Positions 36,582-46,398 of a DNA stretch of 64,000 nucleotides are shown piece after piece. Below the pieces are notes generated by a model. It did not search any database, had not been told where the DNA came from, and was given only the letters and a program-made list of their open reading frames with translations. The stretch is from Candidatus Marinacidobacterium sp. (GTDB lineage Bacteria; Acidobacteriota; Vicinamibacteria; Marinacidobacterales; Marinacidobacteraceae), in assembly GCA_965204755.1 (NCBI GenBank), contig OZ242011.1:3808001-3872000 (forward strand), given 5' to 3'. Numbering within the stretch: position 1 is the stretch's first letter; each line of letters begins with the position of its first letter. Made by a program: the position numbers and the translations under genes.

Positions 36582-38474
36582 TCAGTCCGGAAGAAGGCCC
36601 TCCAAACTGCGCACCGCGAGGTCGAACCGGTGGAACGGCGGCATCAGATAGACCCCCTCGGCCAGCCCCTGCGCCGCTTCCACCATCTCGCGGGCGACGG
36701 AAACCCCGACGGAACGAGCCTCGGCGCGGCCGCTCGCCGCCCGGAGCCGTTCCCGGACGGCGCGCGGCACGGTCATCCCCGGCACTTCGTTGTGGAGGAA
36801 CTCCGCGTTCCGGGAACTCACCAGCGGCAGCACGCCCACCAGCACCGGGATCCGCCGGGGGGAGATGGCTTCGAGGAACCGCTCCAGGAGTTTCGGCTCG
36901 TACACCGGCTGGGTGAGGCAGTACTCGGCCCCGGCCTCGCGCTTCTTCCCGAACTTGGCGATCTCCCCTTCGAAGTCCGCCGCCGCCGGGTTCGCCCCGA
37001 CACCGATGTGGAACGGGAGCGCCGCGCCCACCGGGTTGCCGGCGAGGTCGAGTCCCCGGTTCAGGCCCTGGAGGATGCGGACGAGCCCCACCGAGTCGGT
37101 GTCGAACACCGGGGTGGCGTGCGGGTAGTCGCCGAGTTTCGGGGGATCGCCGGTCACCGCCAAGAGGTTGCGGAGGCCCAGGGCGTGCGCGCCGAGCAGG
37201 TCCGCCTGGATGCCGATGAGGTTCCGGTCCCGGCACTGGTAGTGGAGGATCGTTTCCACCCGGCCTTCCCTTTCGAGGAGCGCCGCGAAGGCGATCGCGC
37301 TCATCCGGGCCGTGGCGCGCGGGCCGTCGGCCACATTCACGAAGCGGACGCCGGCCTCGGCCAGTTCCCCGGCGGTCCGGAGGAGTTTCCCGGCGTCCGC
37401 CCCCCGCGGCGGGTCCATCTCCACCGAGACGGCGAACCGGCCTTCGTCGAGGGCGCGGGCGAGGGCGGACCGCTCCGGGAGCGGCGTCGGGGGCAACTCC
37501 TCCGGGGGCGGGCGCGGGGGCTTCGCTTCCCCCCGGACGGCGGCCGTCCCGGGCGCGCGGGGCGCTGTCGAAGGCCCGGTTTCGCCGGTCCGGGCCGACT
37601 CCGCCCGGATGACGCCGGCGATGGCGGCGAGGTGCGCCGGCCCGGTGCCGCAGCAGCCGCCGATCACCCGGACGCCGAGCCGGAGGTACCGCTTCGCGTA
37701 GTGGCCGGAGTAGTCCGGGGAGGAGGGGTAGAAGAACCGGCCGTCCTTCCGGGCCGGGATGCCGGCGTTCGGTTGGGCGATGAGAGGAAGGTCGGTGCCC
37801 CGGCGCATCCGTTCCAGCGCGGCGAAGGCGCTCTCCGGCCCCACGCCGCAGTTCGCGCCGACCGCGTCCGCCCCCGCCCGGTCGAGTTCCGCCCCCACCC
37901 GGTCCGGCGCGGTCCCGAGCGCCGTCTCCAACTGCTCGGAGAAGGTGGTGAGGACCGCGACCGCGAGGTCGGGCGCGACTTCGCGGGCGGCGGCGAGGGC
38001 GAGCCGCGCCTCCGCGAGGGTGGTGAAGGTCTCGATCAGGAGCGCGTCCACTCCGGCGTCGGCCAACGCCTCGATCTGCTCGACGAAGGCGGCGCGGACC
38101 TCCCCGGCCCGCGGGTCGTCGGAGGAGGCGAGCGTCTCCCCGGAAGGCCCGACCGAGCCGAAGACCGCTCCCCCGCCGGCGGCCGCGCTCCGCGCGACGC
38201 GGACTCCGGCGCGGTTGATCGCCGCGGCCTCGCCCGCCAGCCCGTGTTTCGCCAGTTGGAACCGGTTCGCGCCGAAGGTGTTGGTCGTGAGGACTTCGGC
38301 GCCCGCCGCGAGATGGGCGGCGTGGACCGCGCGCACCCGGTCCGGGTCGGAGCGGTTCAGGTCGTCGAAGCACCGCCGCGCGGCGATCCCCGCGTGGTAG
38401 AGCGCGGTCCCCATCGCCCCGTCCCCGACCCGCGGCCGCTCCCGCAGGAAGTCCGCGAATTCCGCCCGGTTCAT
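36582..38474 (-). CDS. yitJ: Bifunctional homocysteine S-methyltransferase / 5,10-methylenetetrahydrofolate reductase (YitJ-like)
   Basis: N-domain motifs GDGAMGT, TNTFGAN, GANC, PNAG and GGCCGT; C-domain motifs SVEMDPPRG, CRDRN, VTGDPP and TQPVY. Confidence 0.88.
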   Translation of the reverse strand: MNRAEFADFLRERPRVGDGAMGTALYHAGIAARRCFDDLNRSDPDRVRAVHAAHLAAGAEVLTTNTFGANRFQLAKHGLAGEAAAINRAGVRVARSAAAGGGAVFGSVGPSGETLASSDDPRAGEVRAAFVEQIEALADAGVDALLIETFTTLAEARLALAAAREVAPDLAVAVLTTFSEQLETALGTAPDRVGAELDRAGADAVGANCGVGPESAFAALERMRRGTDLPLIAQPNAGIPARKDGRFFYPSSPDYSGHYAKRYLRLGVRVIGGCCGTGPAHLAAIAGVIRAESARTGETGPSTAPRAPGTAAVRGEAKPPRPPPEELPPTPLPERSALARALDEGRFAVSVEMDPPRGADAGKLLRTAGELAEAGVRFVNVADGPRATARMSAIAFAALLEREGRVETILHYQCRDRNLIGIQADLLGAHALGLRNLLAVTGDPPKLGDYPHATPVFDTDSVGLVRILQGLNRGLDLAGNPVGAALPFHIGVGANPAAADFEGEIAKFGKKREAGAEYCLTQPVYEPKLLERFLEAISPRRIPVLVGVLPLVSSRNAEFLHNEVPGMTVPRAVRERLRAASGRAEARSVGVSVAREMVEAAQGLAEGVYLMPPFHRFDLAVRSLEGLLPD

Positions 38475-38483
38475 CGAGCGGGC

Positions 38484-38489
38484 AGTCTA
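38484..38489 (-). promoter_or_regulatory. Putative -10 element (TAGACT) 9 nt upstream of the yitJ-like ATG
   Basis: TANNNT hexamer in a GC-rich context with no SD sequence. Confidence 0.4.
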
Positions 38490-38663
38490 GATTCGCGCCC
38501 TCCGGCGGCTCCCTCACCGGACGCCGGACCGACCGGTGAGTCCGCTCACCCCGGCCCAAGCCGGTTCGGGAGCGCGTCGCGGCCGCCTCCGGTCGACGAC
38601 CGTCGCGCGCGGTGCGACGGCCGCAATACATCGACCGCCGGCCTCTCTATACCGAGGAGCGCC

Positions 38664-39809
38664 GTGCCCGTGACGAACGCGCTCGACCCCTTCGTGCCGG
38701 GGGCGGGGATACTGCCTCCGTATCTCGCCGGGCGTGAGGCGGAGCAGTCGCTGTTCCGCAAGATCTTCGGAAGGTTGCGCGAGGGGAGGTCGCTGCCGGA
38801 CGAAGTGATCCTCTACGGCCCTCGAGGGAACGGGAAGACCGCCCTGCTCGCGTGGATCGAAAAGCAGGTCGAGGCCGATGACGCCCTCGATTCGGTTTGG
38901 CTGACTCCCTCCGAGGTTCCCGACCTCGAAGCGCTGGCGCATCGCCTTCGGGTCGTTTCCTGGTTCCGGCGACTGTCGCCGGAGAGTTTCTCGGTCGCCG
39001 GCATGGGCGTTTCCCTTCGACCGTCGAACCCGCAGCCGCTGTTGACGGAGGCGCTGCAGGCTCGGGCGAAGGAGCGGCCGCTGCTCGTTCTCCTCGACGA
39101 AGCGCACACGCTCGAACCGGGTGTCGGGCGCGTCCTGCTGAATGCCGCGCAGGCGGCGCGGCGTCACTCGCCGTTCCTCCTCGTCCTGGCCGGCACACCG
39201 GACCTGCAGGCCCGGCTGTCGAAGATCGAAGCCTCCTTCTGGGGTCGAGCCCGCGAACTGCCGGTCGGCCGCCTGGAAGAAGCCGCGGCCGCGGAAGCCG
39301 TTCGTCGGCCGCTCGCGAGAGAAGGAGTGGAGATCGAAGCGGCCGCCTTGGACTGCATCGTCCGGGAGAGCCACGGTTACCCGTTCTTCTTGCAGGTCTG
39401 GGGCAGCGCCGTATGGGACACGCTCCACGAGGCGCTGAGCGAGTTTCCCGGCATCGCTCCCCGCGCGTCGGTCGCGATCGTCGAAGCGGCCGCGCCGCAT
39501 TTCGAGGATCGGAAAGGGCGGTACTACCGCCAGCGGGTCGAAGAACTCCAGAAGCGGTCCCTGGTTCCGGCGGCGCGGCAGGTCGCCGCCGCTTTCTCGG
39601 ACGAACCCACACTGAGCGATTCCGAGATCGACGAGGCCCTCCGCCGCGGCGCCTCCTCGGGAGGCCCGGACCCCGGCGAGGCGCGAGAGTCGCTGCGACA
39701 CCTCGGCTACATCTGGCGCGCCCAAGCCACCATCAAGTGGGAACCGGGGATCCCGAGCCTCATGGACTACCTCCTCGAACAGACGACGGCCCCCGGGCGG
39801 CCGGCATGA
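38664..39809 (+). CDS. AAA_16-like P-loop ATPase
   Basis: GAGGAG RBS before GTG 38664; PFVPGAGILPPYLAGRE, YGPRGNGKT, LLDEAH, SHGYPFFLQ and PGIPSLMDY. Confidence 0.85.
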   Translation: MPVTNALDPFVPGAGILPPYLAGREAEQSLFRKIFGRLREGRSLPDEVILYGPRGNGKTALLAWIEKQVEADDALDSVWLTPSEVPDLEALAHRLRVVSWFRRLSPESFSVAGMGVSLRPSNPQPLLTEALQARAKERPLLVLLDEAHTLEPGVGRVLLNAAQAARRHSPFLLVLAGTPDLQARLSKIEASFWGRARELPVGRLEEAAAAEAVRRPLAREGVEIEAAALDCIVRESHGYPFFLQVWGSAVWDTLHEALSEFPGIAPRASVAIVEAAAPHFEDRKGRYYRQRVEELQKRSLVPAARQVAAAFSDEPTLSDSEIDEALRRGASSGGPDPGEARESLRHLGYIWRAQATIKWEPGIPSLMDYLLEQTTAPGRPA

Positions 39810-39930
39810 CCGGCTCGATCCGTCCCGACCGGCCGCGGTAGTCCCGCGCTCGCCCGGCCCGCGGGCCGCCGGGCCCGGGTCGAGCGGCGCGGGAACCGGC
39901 GGCGGGACTCGTCGTCGCCCTCCGCCCGCC

Positions 39931-39936
39931 TAGACT
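39931..39936 (+). promoter_or_regulatory. Putative -10 element (TAGACT) upstream of argS
   Basis: TANNNT hexamer 12 nt before ATG 39949. Confidence 0.4.
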
Positions 39937-39948
39937 CCGCGCCGCGAG

Positions 39949-41913
39949 ATGACCGAGGCGCTCAGCGAAGCGGTGCGGCGGGCGGCCGCCGCCGGGGCCG
40001 CCGATGCCGCCGCCGCCGATGCCGCCGTCGCCCTGCCGGCGGACTTCGCGGTCGCAGCCGATGTCCCCCCGGCTCCGGAGCAGGGCGATGTGGCGTTCCC
40101 GACGGCCTTCGCCCTCGCCCGGATCCTCCGCCGCCGGCCGCGGGAGATCGCCGAAGACTTGGCGGCGGCGCTCCGGGAGGGGCCGCACGCCGGCGCGGTC
40201 GCCCGGGTCGAGGTCGCGGGGCCGGGCTATGTGAATGTGTTCCTGCGGCGGGAGGCCCATCTCCTCGCCGCGGCCGACGGCCCGGCCCCGGATCCCGGCG
40301 CGCCGGACGGCGTCCACATCGTCGAGCACACCAGCATCAACCCGAACAAGGCGGCGCACATCGGACACCTGCGGAACGCCGCGCTGGGCGACTCGTTCGC
40401 GCGCCTCCTCCGTTTCCTCGGCCACCGGATCGAGGTCCAGAACTACATAGACGACACCGGCGTCCAAGTCGCGGATGTGGCGCTCGGTTTCGTCCGGCTC
40501 CGCGGCGCGGACGCCGACGAGGTCCGGCGGCTGGCGGTTGCGCCGAGGTTCGACTTCCTCTGCTGGGACCTCTACACCGAGGCCTCGGCGTGGATCGAGT
40601 CCGACCCGGCCGGCAAGGAGGCGCGCCGCGAAGCGCTCCACGGTCTGGAGCGCGGGGAAGCGCCGTGGGCGGAAATCGGCGCGGTCGTCTCCGAGGCGGT
40701 CGCCCGCCGCCACCTGGAGACGATGGAGCGGATCGGCGTCCGCTACGACCTGCTGGCGTGCGAGAAGACGGTGCTCCGCCTGGAGTTCTGGGACCGGGCT
40801 TTCGAGTTGCTGCGCGACGCCGGCGCGCTCCGGCTCAGCGAGAGCGGGAAAAACCGGGGCTGCTGGGTGATGGACACGCCGCTGGCGCAGGACGGCGAGA
40901 AGGTCATCGTGCGCTCGAACGGCACCGCCACCTATGTGGCGAAGGACATCGGCTACCAGGTCTGGCAACTGGGCGGGCTGGACCGGGACGCGCGTTTCCG
41001 GCGGTTCCACGAGTATCCCGACGGCGCGAGCGCCTGGATCACCACGGACGAGGAGGGGGATTCGGGCGCGCCGGCGTTCGGGAACGCGGCGCTGGTCCAC
41101 CATGTGATCGACGCCCGCCAGTCCTACCCGCAGCGGATCGTCCAGGAAGCGGTGGCGCGGCTGGCCACCGAGGAGGACCGGGCGCGGACCCGGCATTTCT
41201 CCTACGAGATGGTCTCGCTGACTCCGGCGACGGTCGCGGCGCTGGGACTGGGCGGAGCGGAGGAGTCGGGCGGCGCCGTCGAAGTCTCCGGGCGGAAGGG
41301 GATCGGCGTGAAGGCGGACGACTTCCTGGATGCCCTCATCGCCCGCGCCGAAGGGGAAGTGGCGTCGCGGAACCCGGACATCGACCCGGAGGCCCGCGCC
41401 GGGCTGGCGCGGGACATCGCGGTCGGCGCGCTCCGCTACCTGATGGTGCGGTTCACGAAGAACCAGGTCATCGTCTTCGACCTCGACGAGGCGCTCAGTT
41501 TCGACGGCGCGACCGGGCCGTACCTCCAGTACGCCGCCGTCCGGGCGCGGAAGATCCTCGACCGGGCGGGCATCCCGGCCCCGACGGAGTTCCCGAAGCC
41601 GCCGGGAGGACTCGACGAGCGGCTCTCGGCGCTCGACCCGGCGGAATCTTCGGCCCTGTGGGTGCTGATGCGGGAGGCGGCGCGGCTCGGCGAAACCGCG
41701 CTCCGCGCCGTGGAAGACGAAGACCCGCAGGTCCTCGCCCGCTGGGCCTACGAGGGGGCGCAGCGCTTCAACGGGTTCTACCACCGGTACCGGATCGCCG
41801 GGGAATCCGACGAGAACGCGCGGGAACTGCGGGCCTACGCGGTGTGCGTGTTCGACCGGCAGCACCGGCGCGGCCTCGACCTGCTGGGGATTCCGGTCCC
41901 GGAGCGGATGTGA
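39949..41913 (+). CDS. argS: Arginine--tRNA ligase
   Basis: VEHTSINPNKAAHIGHLRN, IVRSNGTATYVAKDIGY, SGRKG, GATGPYLQYA and terminal GIPVPERM. Confidence 0.95.
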   Translation: MTEALSEAVRRAAAAGAADAAAADAAVALPADFAVAADVPPAPEQGDVAFPTAFALARILRRRPREIAEDLAAALREGPHAGAVARVEVAGPGYVNVFLRREAHLLAAADGPAPDPGAPDGVHIVEHTSINPNKAAHIGHLRNAALGDSFARLLRFLGHRIEVQNYIDDTGVQVADVALGFVRLRGADADEVRRLAVAPRFDFLCWDLYTEASAWIESDPAGKEARREALHGLERGEAPWAEIGAVVSEAVARRHLETMERIGVRYDLLACEKTVLRLEFWDRAFELLRDAGALRLSESGKNRGCWVMDTPLAQDGEKVIVRSNGTATYVAKDIGYQVWQLGGLDRDARFRRFHEYPDGASAWITTDEEGDSGAPAFGNAALVHHVIDARQSYPQRIVQEAVARLATEEDRARTRHFSYEMVSLTPATVAALGLGGAEESGGAVEVSGRKGIGVKADDFLDALIARAEGEVASRNPDIDPEARAGLARDIAVGALRYLMVRFTKNQVIVFDLDEALSFDGATGPYLQYAAVRARKILDRAGIPAPTEFPKPPGGLDERLSALDPAESSALWVLMREAARLGETALRAVEDEDPQVLARWAYEGAQRFNGFYHRYRIAGESDENARELRAYAVCVFDRQHRRGLDLLGIPVPERM

Positions 41914-42566
41914 CCGGCGGCGAGGCGGAACTCCCGCCGGAGCGCGACGGGGCGGCGGGTCTCGGGCGGCGCTTCGTTCGGGCGGCGCTGCGGTTCGCCG
42001 CGACCGGGGCGGCGGCGGCCATCCTGGCGTGGGTCGTGATGGCCTACCTCGTCCAGACCTTCCGCATCGTCGGCGGCAGCATGGAACCGGCGCTCCGGGC
42101 CGGCGAACGCGTCCTGGTCCTGAAGGTGGGCCGCCCGGCGGAGCGCGGCGAAGTCGTGGTGTTCCGCGACCCGCTGCGCGGGCGGAACCGGCTGGTGAAG
42201 CGGGTGGTGGGCGTCCCCGGCGACCGGGTCCGCAGCCGGGACGGCGAGGTGCTGCGGATGGCCTTCGTGGATGGCGCTTCCCGGGGCGGGCCGTTCGGGG
42301 CGGAGGGGACCGCGGCCGCGGCGGAACGGCCTTCCGCAGCGGCGGCGTCTCCGGACCCGGCGGGGCTGACCCCGGCGGAACTCGCCCGTTCCGAGGTCAT
42401 CGCCGATGCGCACTACTTCGTCCTGGGCGACAACCGGGCGAGGAGCCGCGACAGCCGTCACTGGGGGCCGCTCCCGGCGGATTCGGTCGTGGGGCGCGCG
42501 GTGCTCCGCGTGTGGCCGCCCGACCGGTTCGGACGGATCGGCGGTTACGGGCCCGAGGACGAATGA
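41910..42566 (+). CDS. lepB: Signal peptidase I
   Basis: GTGA overlap with argS; GGSMEPAL (Ser), LVKRVVGVPGD (Lys) and YFVLGDNR..SRDSRHWG. Confidence 0.92.
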   Translation: MTGGEAELPPERDGAAGLGRRFVRAALRFAATGAAAAILAWVVMAYLVQTFRIVGGSMEPALRAGERVLVLKVGRPAERGEVVVFRDPLRGRNRLVKRVVGVPGDRVRSRDGEVLRMAFVDGASRGGPFGAEGTAAAAERPSAAAASPDPAGLTPAELARSEVIADAHYFVLGDNRARSRDSRHWGPLPADSVVGRAVLRVWPPDRFGRIGGYGPEDE

Positions 42567-42612
42567 GCCGACTTCGGCGAACCGGCGGCGCGGCGGGGCC
42601 CGGGGCGCCGCA

Positions 42613-44214
42613 GTGAGCGGCTTCCTCCGCTCGCTGCCGCTTCCGCCGGGCGGCTTCCTGAGCGCCTGGACGGACGATCCGGATCGGTTCACCGATCTCC
42701 TGCCGAATCCGTTCGTGGAGGGCGCGGCGGCGCGCGCCGCGGAAGCCGTCACTTGGAGCGGGACCGCGGCCGGCGGAGCGTCCCAACCGCGGGAGGCCGT
42801 CTGCGAGGTCGTCCTGCGTACGAATCGCGAGTGGGGCGCGGACGCGGCCGCGGCGGCCGCCGCGGAGCGTCTGTCGGCCCCCGACGCGCTGGCGGTCGTC
42901 ACCGGCCAGCAGCCGGGGCTCTTCGGCGGCCCGCTCTACTCGCTGGTGAAGGCGATGTCGGCGGTGGCCGCCGCCCGCGAAGTGGAGCGGGACACGGGCC
43001 GACCGACCGTCCCGGTGTTCTGGATCGAGGGCGACGACCACGACTTCGAGGAGATCCGCACGGCTTGGGTGCTCGGCGCCGACGGCGAACCGCGGTCGTT
43101 CCGCTACCGGCCCGAGGAGGAGGCGCCGGGCGTCCCGGCGTTCCGGCGGCTGCTCGACGAGTCGGTCGGGCCGCTGCTCGAAGAGGTCGCGGCGTCCCTG
43201 CCCCGAACCGAGTTCACCGACGAGACGCTGGCGATGGCGAGGGAGGCCTACGCACCGGGCCGGTCGCTCGTGGAAGCGTTCGGGCGCCTGATGCTCGCGC
43301 TCAGCCGTGAGACGGGCTTGGTCGTATTGGACCCGACGACCGCCGCGATCAAGCGGGCCGCCATCCCGATGTACCGGGTCGCCGCAACCGGCCGTTCCGA
43401 GGGGCGGCGTCGAATCGAATCGGCGAACGCGCGCCTGGCCGAGTTCGGGTTCCGACCCCAGGCGGCGACGGACGGCTACGGCATCTTCTCGACCGAAGGA
43501 CCGGACGGACGCCGCCGCCGCTGGGAACCGTCGGGCAAGGCGTCCGAAACCCCGCCCCTGCCCCCCGCCGAGTCCCTGAGCGCGGCCGTCCTGCTTCGTC
43601 CGCTGGTGCAGGACTTCCTGCTCCCGACCGTCGCCTACATCGGCGGCCCCTCCGAACTCGCCTACCACGCCCAGATCGGCGGTCTCTACGACCTCCACGG
43701 TCTCCCCCGCCCTCTCGTCCTCCCGCGCCACCAAGTCACCGTCCTCACTCCGGCCCAACAACGCGTCCTCGACCGCGACGGCGTCGCCTTCGACGACCTC
43801 GCCGCCGGCGACGAGTCCGCCCTCAACCGCCTCGCCGCCGATCCCCGAGCAACCGAAGCGCTGGCCACCGCCCGCTCCGCCGTCGAAACCGGCATGGATA
43901 GTGTCGAGGCCGCCCTAACCACCCTCGACCCCACCCTCACCGCAGCCTCCCAAAAAGCCCGCGGCCGAATCCTCTCCACCCTCTCCGATTTGGAATCGAA
44001 GGCCCTCCGCGCCGCCAAACGCCGCGACGAAGACCGCCGCCGCCGCTACCTCCGCACCCGCTCCGCCCTTTTCCCCGCCGGCGTGTCGCAGGAACGCCGC
44101 CTCAGCCCCATGGTATTCGTGAACCGTTACGGGACGGATTTCGGCAACTGGCTGTATGATGTGGTCAGGTTGCCCGCAGCCGAGCGGCGCACCCGTGCGC
44201 TCACGCTCCGATAG
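42613..44214 (+). CDS. bshC: Bacillithiol biosynthesis cysteine-adding enzyme BshC
   Basis: VVTGQQPGLFGGPLYSLVKA, PVFWIEGDDHDFEE, LLRPLVQDFLLPTVAYIGGPSELAY and QER; GTG start at 42613 inferred. Confidence 0.9.
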   Translation: MSGFLRSLPLPPGGFLSAWTDDPDRFTDLLPNPFVEGAAARAAEAVTWSGTAAGGASQPREAVCEVVLRTNREWGADAAAAAAAERLSAPDALAVVTGQQPGLFGGPLYSLVKAMSAVAAAREVERDTGRPTVPVFWIEGDDHDFEEIRTAWVLGADGEPRSFRYRPEEEAPGVPAFRRLLDESVGPLLEEVAASLPRTEFTDETLAMAREAYAPGRSLVEAFGRLMLALSRETGLVVLDPTTAAIKRAAIPMYRVAATGRSEGRRRIESANARLAEFGFRPQAATDGYGIFSTEGPDGRRRRWEPSGKASETPPLPPAESLSAAVLLRPLVQDFLLPTVAYIGGPSELAYHAQIGGLYDLHGLPRPLVLPRHQVTVLTPAQQRVLDRDGVAFDDLAAGDESALNRLAADPRATEALATARSAVETGMDSVEAALTTLDPTLTAASQKARGRILSTLSDLESKALRAAKRRDEDRRRRYLRTRSALFPAGVSQERRLSPMVFVNRYGTDFGNWLYDVVRLPAAERRTRALTLR

Positions 44215-44237
44215 GTCAGCCACAGAGGAACGGACAC

Positions 44238-45122
44238 ATGAACATCCCCGTAATCGGTGTGGACTGCTCAACCAGTCCTGAGAAGGTCGGGCTCGCCCGC
44301 GGTACATGGTCGAACGGAACGCTCACGGTAAGTGAGGTCACACTCGGCTCCAAGAAGCCGGAGCGAAACTGGCCTCTGCTCGTCCACGAGTGGCTCGATG
44401 ACTCCGCCGACGCCCTCATCGCGCTCGACGCGCCCCTCGGGTGGCCGAGTGCGCTGAGTCGCACGCTCGTCGATCACCAGGCCGGTGCTCCGTTGTCAGG
44501 TGATGTAACCAAGGACGCTGATCTCATGTTTCAGCGTCTCACAGATCGAGTCATCCATCGGATGATCAATAAAAAGCCGATCGAAGTGGGAGCGAACCTC
44601 ATCGCGCGCACGGCGCGTGACGCTCTCCTCCGCTTGGATCGTCTGCGTCAACACCTTCCTGTTCCCGACGGAATCTCCTTGGCGTGGGCTCCAGGACAGT
44701 GTCAGGGGCTCAAGGTCATTGAGGTCTATCCTGCCGCTACGCTCTTGTCTCGAAGACTCCGCATTGCGGGATACAAGCGCGAGATCCGGTCTGCTAAGCG
44801 CAACGAAACGGGTGCCCAACGGCGGCAGCGCGAAGCGCGGAACACCGAGATCCAAGAGGCGCGCCGCGTCTTGATCTCTCGGCTGGGAAAGGTTGTCGAC
44901 ATCAGCATCGGTGACGACGTTGTCACCGAGATGAACAAGTGGGATGACATCTTCGATGCAATTGTGTGTTGCGTTGCCGCTCACGATTTCTTGAACAAAG
45001 AAGTCATTTCACCGCAGGACCCGGAAGTGGCCCGCATCGCGAAGGAGGATGGTCGATGCGTGGAGACTGCGGTGGAAAGAGAGGGCTGGATCTGGGTCAA
45101 GAGGCCGGCTGAGAAGTCGTAG
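44238..45122 (+). CDS. DUF429 family predicted RNase H-like nuclease
   Basis: IGVDCST, IALDAPLGWP, FQRLTD, IEVYPAATL, DIFDAIVC and EGWIWV; GC visibly lower than the neighbours. Confidence 0.8.
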   Translation: MNIPVIGVDCSTSPEKVGLARGTWSNGTLTVSEVTLGSKKPERNWPLLVHEWLDDSADALIALDAPLGWPSALSRTLVDHQAGAPLSGDVTKDADLMFQRLTDRVIHRMINKKPIEVGANLIARTARDALLRLDRLRQHLPVPDGISLAWAPGQCQGLKVIEVYPAATLLSRRLRIAGYKREIRSAKRNETGAQRRQREARNTEIQEARRVLISRLGKVVDISIGDDVVTEMNKWDDIFDAIVCCVAAHDFLNKEVISPQDPEVARIAKEDGRCVETAVEREGWIWVKRPAEKS

Positions 45123-46398
45123 TCGGCGGCGGCGTCCGATCCGCCGGGGGTAGCGTGACGCGGTAGGTCTTGCCGCGTCGCTCTCGCCGGATTCTGCCGG
45201 CCTTGTCGAGCCACGCGAGCAACTGCGCCACATGGTGGCCGTCGGTCTCGCCGAGGAGGGTCTTCATCTCGTTCTGGAGGCACGGCCCGTGCTGAGACAG
45301 GGCTTCGGGAATCCTCCGAAATAGGTCTTGGCTTCGGAAGTGTTTCTCGATAGCCGGAATCCGTGCAGCAAGCGGCGGTATCGCTACCACGACTTCGCGC
45401 ATACGGTCGAGCCCGGCAGCGTCGTCGGCAAGAGCCAACATGGTGCCTCCGCGCTCCAAGGCCGGTACGGACGGTGTGTCGAACTTACCGTGGTCCAGGA
45501 TCATCTCGTTCACGAAGTCGAAGATGTGTTCCAGGTTCTCTCTCGCGAACTGGGCCGCGTCATCGTACCGCCGATCGCTGATCGCCCAGTCCATCTCTTC
45601 CATCGTTCGGAAATAGGGGCTCGGCGGCTGCGCGAGGAATGGATCCGTAGTTGTCCAATCTGCGACGCGCCGCTCGGCTTCAGCGACCTGCGCATCAGAC
45701 ATGCGCTCGCGAACGCGATCGCGCCAAACAAGAGTCTCCTTCTTCTCGTCCGGGGGCAGTTCCTGAGCAGACAAACTGATCCACTTGTAGGCCTCGATGT
45801 AGTCCTGCAGCACGCCCTCACCGCGCCAGAAAGCGAGGCCGAGATTGTTCTGAGCGAACGGATAGCCCTGACGCGCTGCGCGATAGAGCCACTTGGCCGC
45901 CATCCCGTGATCTTGCGCAACCCCATCGCCCTCAGCGTACGCGCAGGCGAGGTGGAACTGGGCGTCCAAGTCGTCGTTGTTCGCTGCGAGCCGCCACCAG
46001 CGAACGGCCTCGACCGGATCCGCTGCGACACCGAGTCCGCTGCTGTGCAGGTGACCGAGTTGGCATTGCGCGAACGCAGACCCCTTCCCGGCGGCGCCCT
46101 CCCACCAGCGCCGGGCTTCCGCGTAGTTCTTGTCGACAACCTCCCCCGCAGCGAACAGAAGGCCGAGGAAGACTTGCGCGTCGACATAATTCTGGTCTGC
46201 GGCCCGTCGGATCCAACCGACCGCTGCGGCGCCGTCCTTCCGAACGCCGACGCCGTCGTAATAGGCGCGGCCGAGGTGGAACTGCGCCTCTGCATAACCC
46301 TTCCGGGCCGCCGAGGTAAGGACATCGAGGGCACGGCTGACCTCCTCGACAGTGCCGGCGGGTGTCGATTCAGCCTCCAGCCGTCGGGGTTCTTTCAT
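45097..46398 (-). CDS. Sel1-like repeat protein with an extra C-terminal helical/winged-helix-like region
   Basis: About 5 SLR units (AQFHLGRAYYDGVGV, AQNNLGLAFWRGEGVLQDYIEAYKW); ATGA-coupled to the upstream gene. Confidence 0.85.
   Translation of the reverse strand: MKEPRRLEAESTPAGTVEEVSRALDVLTSAARKGYAEAQFHLGRAYYDGVGVRKDGAAAVGWIRRAADQNYVDAQVFLGLLFAAGEVVDKNYAEARRWWEGAAGKGSAFAQCQLGHLHSSGLGVAADPVEAVRWWRLAANNDDLDAQFHLACAYAEGDGVAQDHGMAAKWLYRAARQGYPFAQNNLGLAFWRGEGVLQDYIEAYKWISLSAQELPPDEKKETLVWRDRVRERMSDAQVAEAERRVADWTTTDPFLAQPPSPYFRTMEEMDWAISDRRYDDAAQFARENLEHIFDFVNEMILDHGKFDTPSVPALERGGTMLALADDAAGLDRMREVVVAIPPLAARIPAIEKHFRSQDLFRRIPEALSQHGPCLQNEMKTLLGETDGHHVAQLLAWLDKAGRIRRERRGKTYRVTLPPADRTPPPTTTSQPAS

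Noticed and set aside
35388-38663. N-terminal part of the 1473-aa ORF 35388-39809
   Set aside because: It is antisense to the VWA and yitJ genes. The real ATPase starts at GTG 38664 after a GAGGAG RBS.
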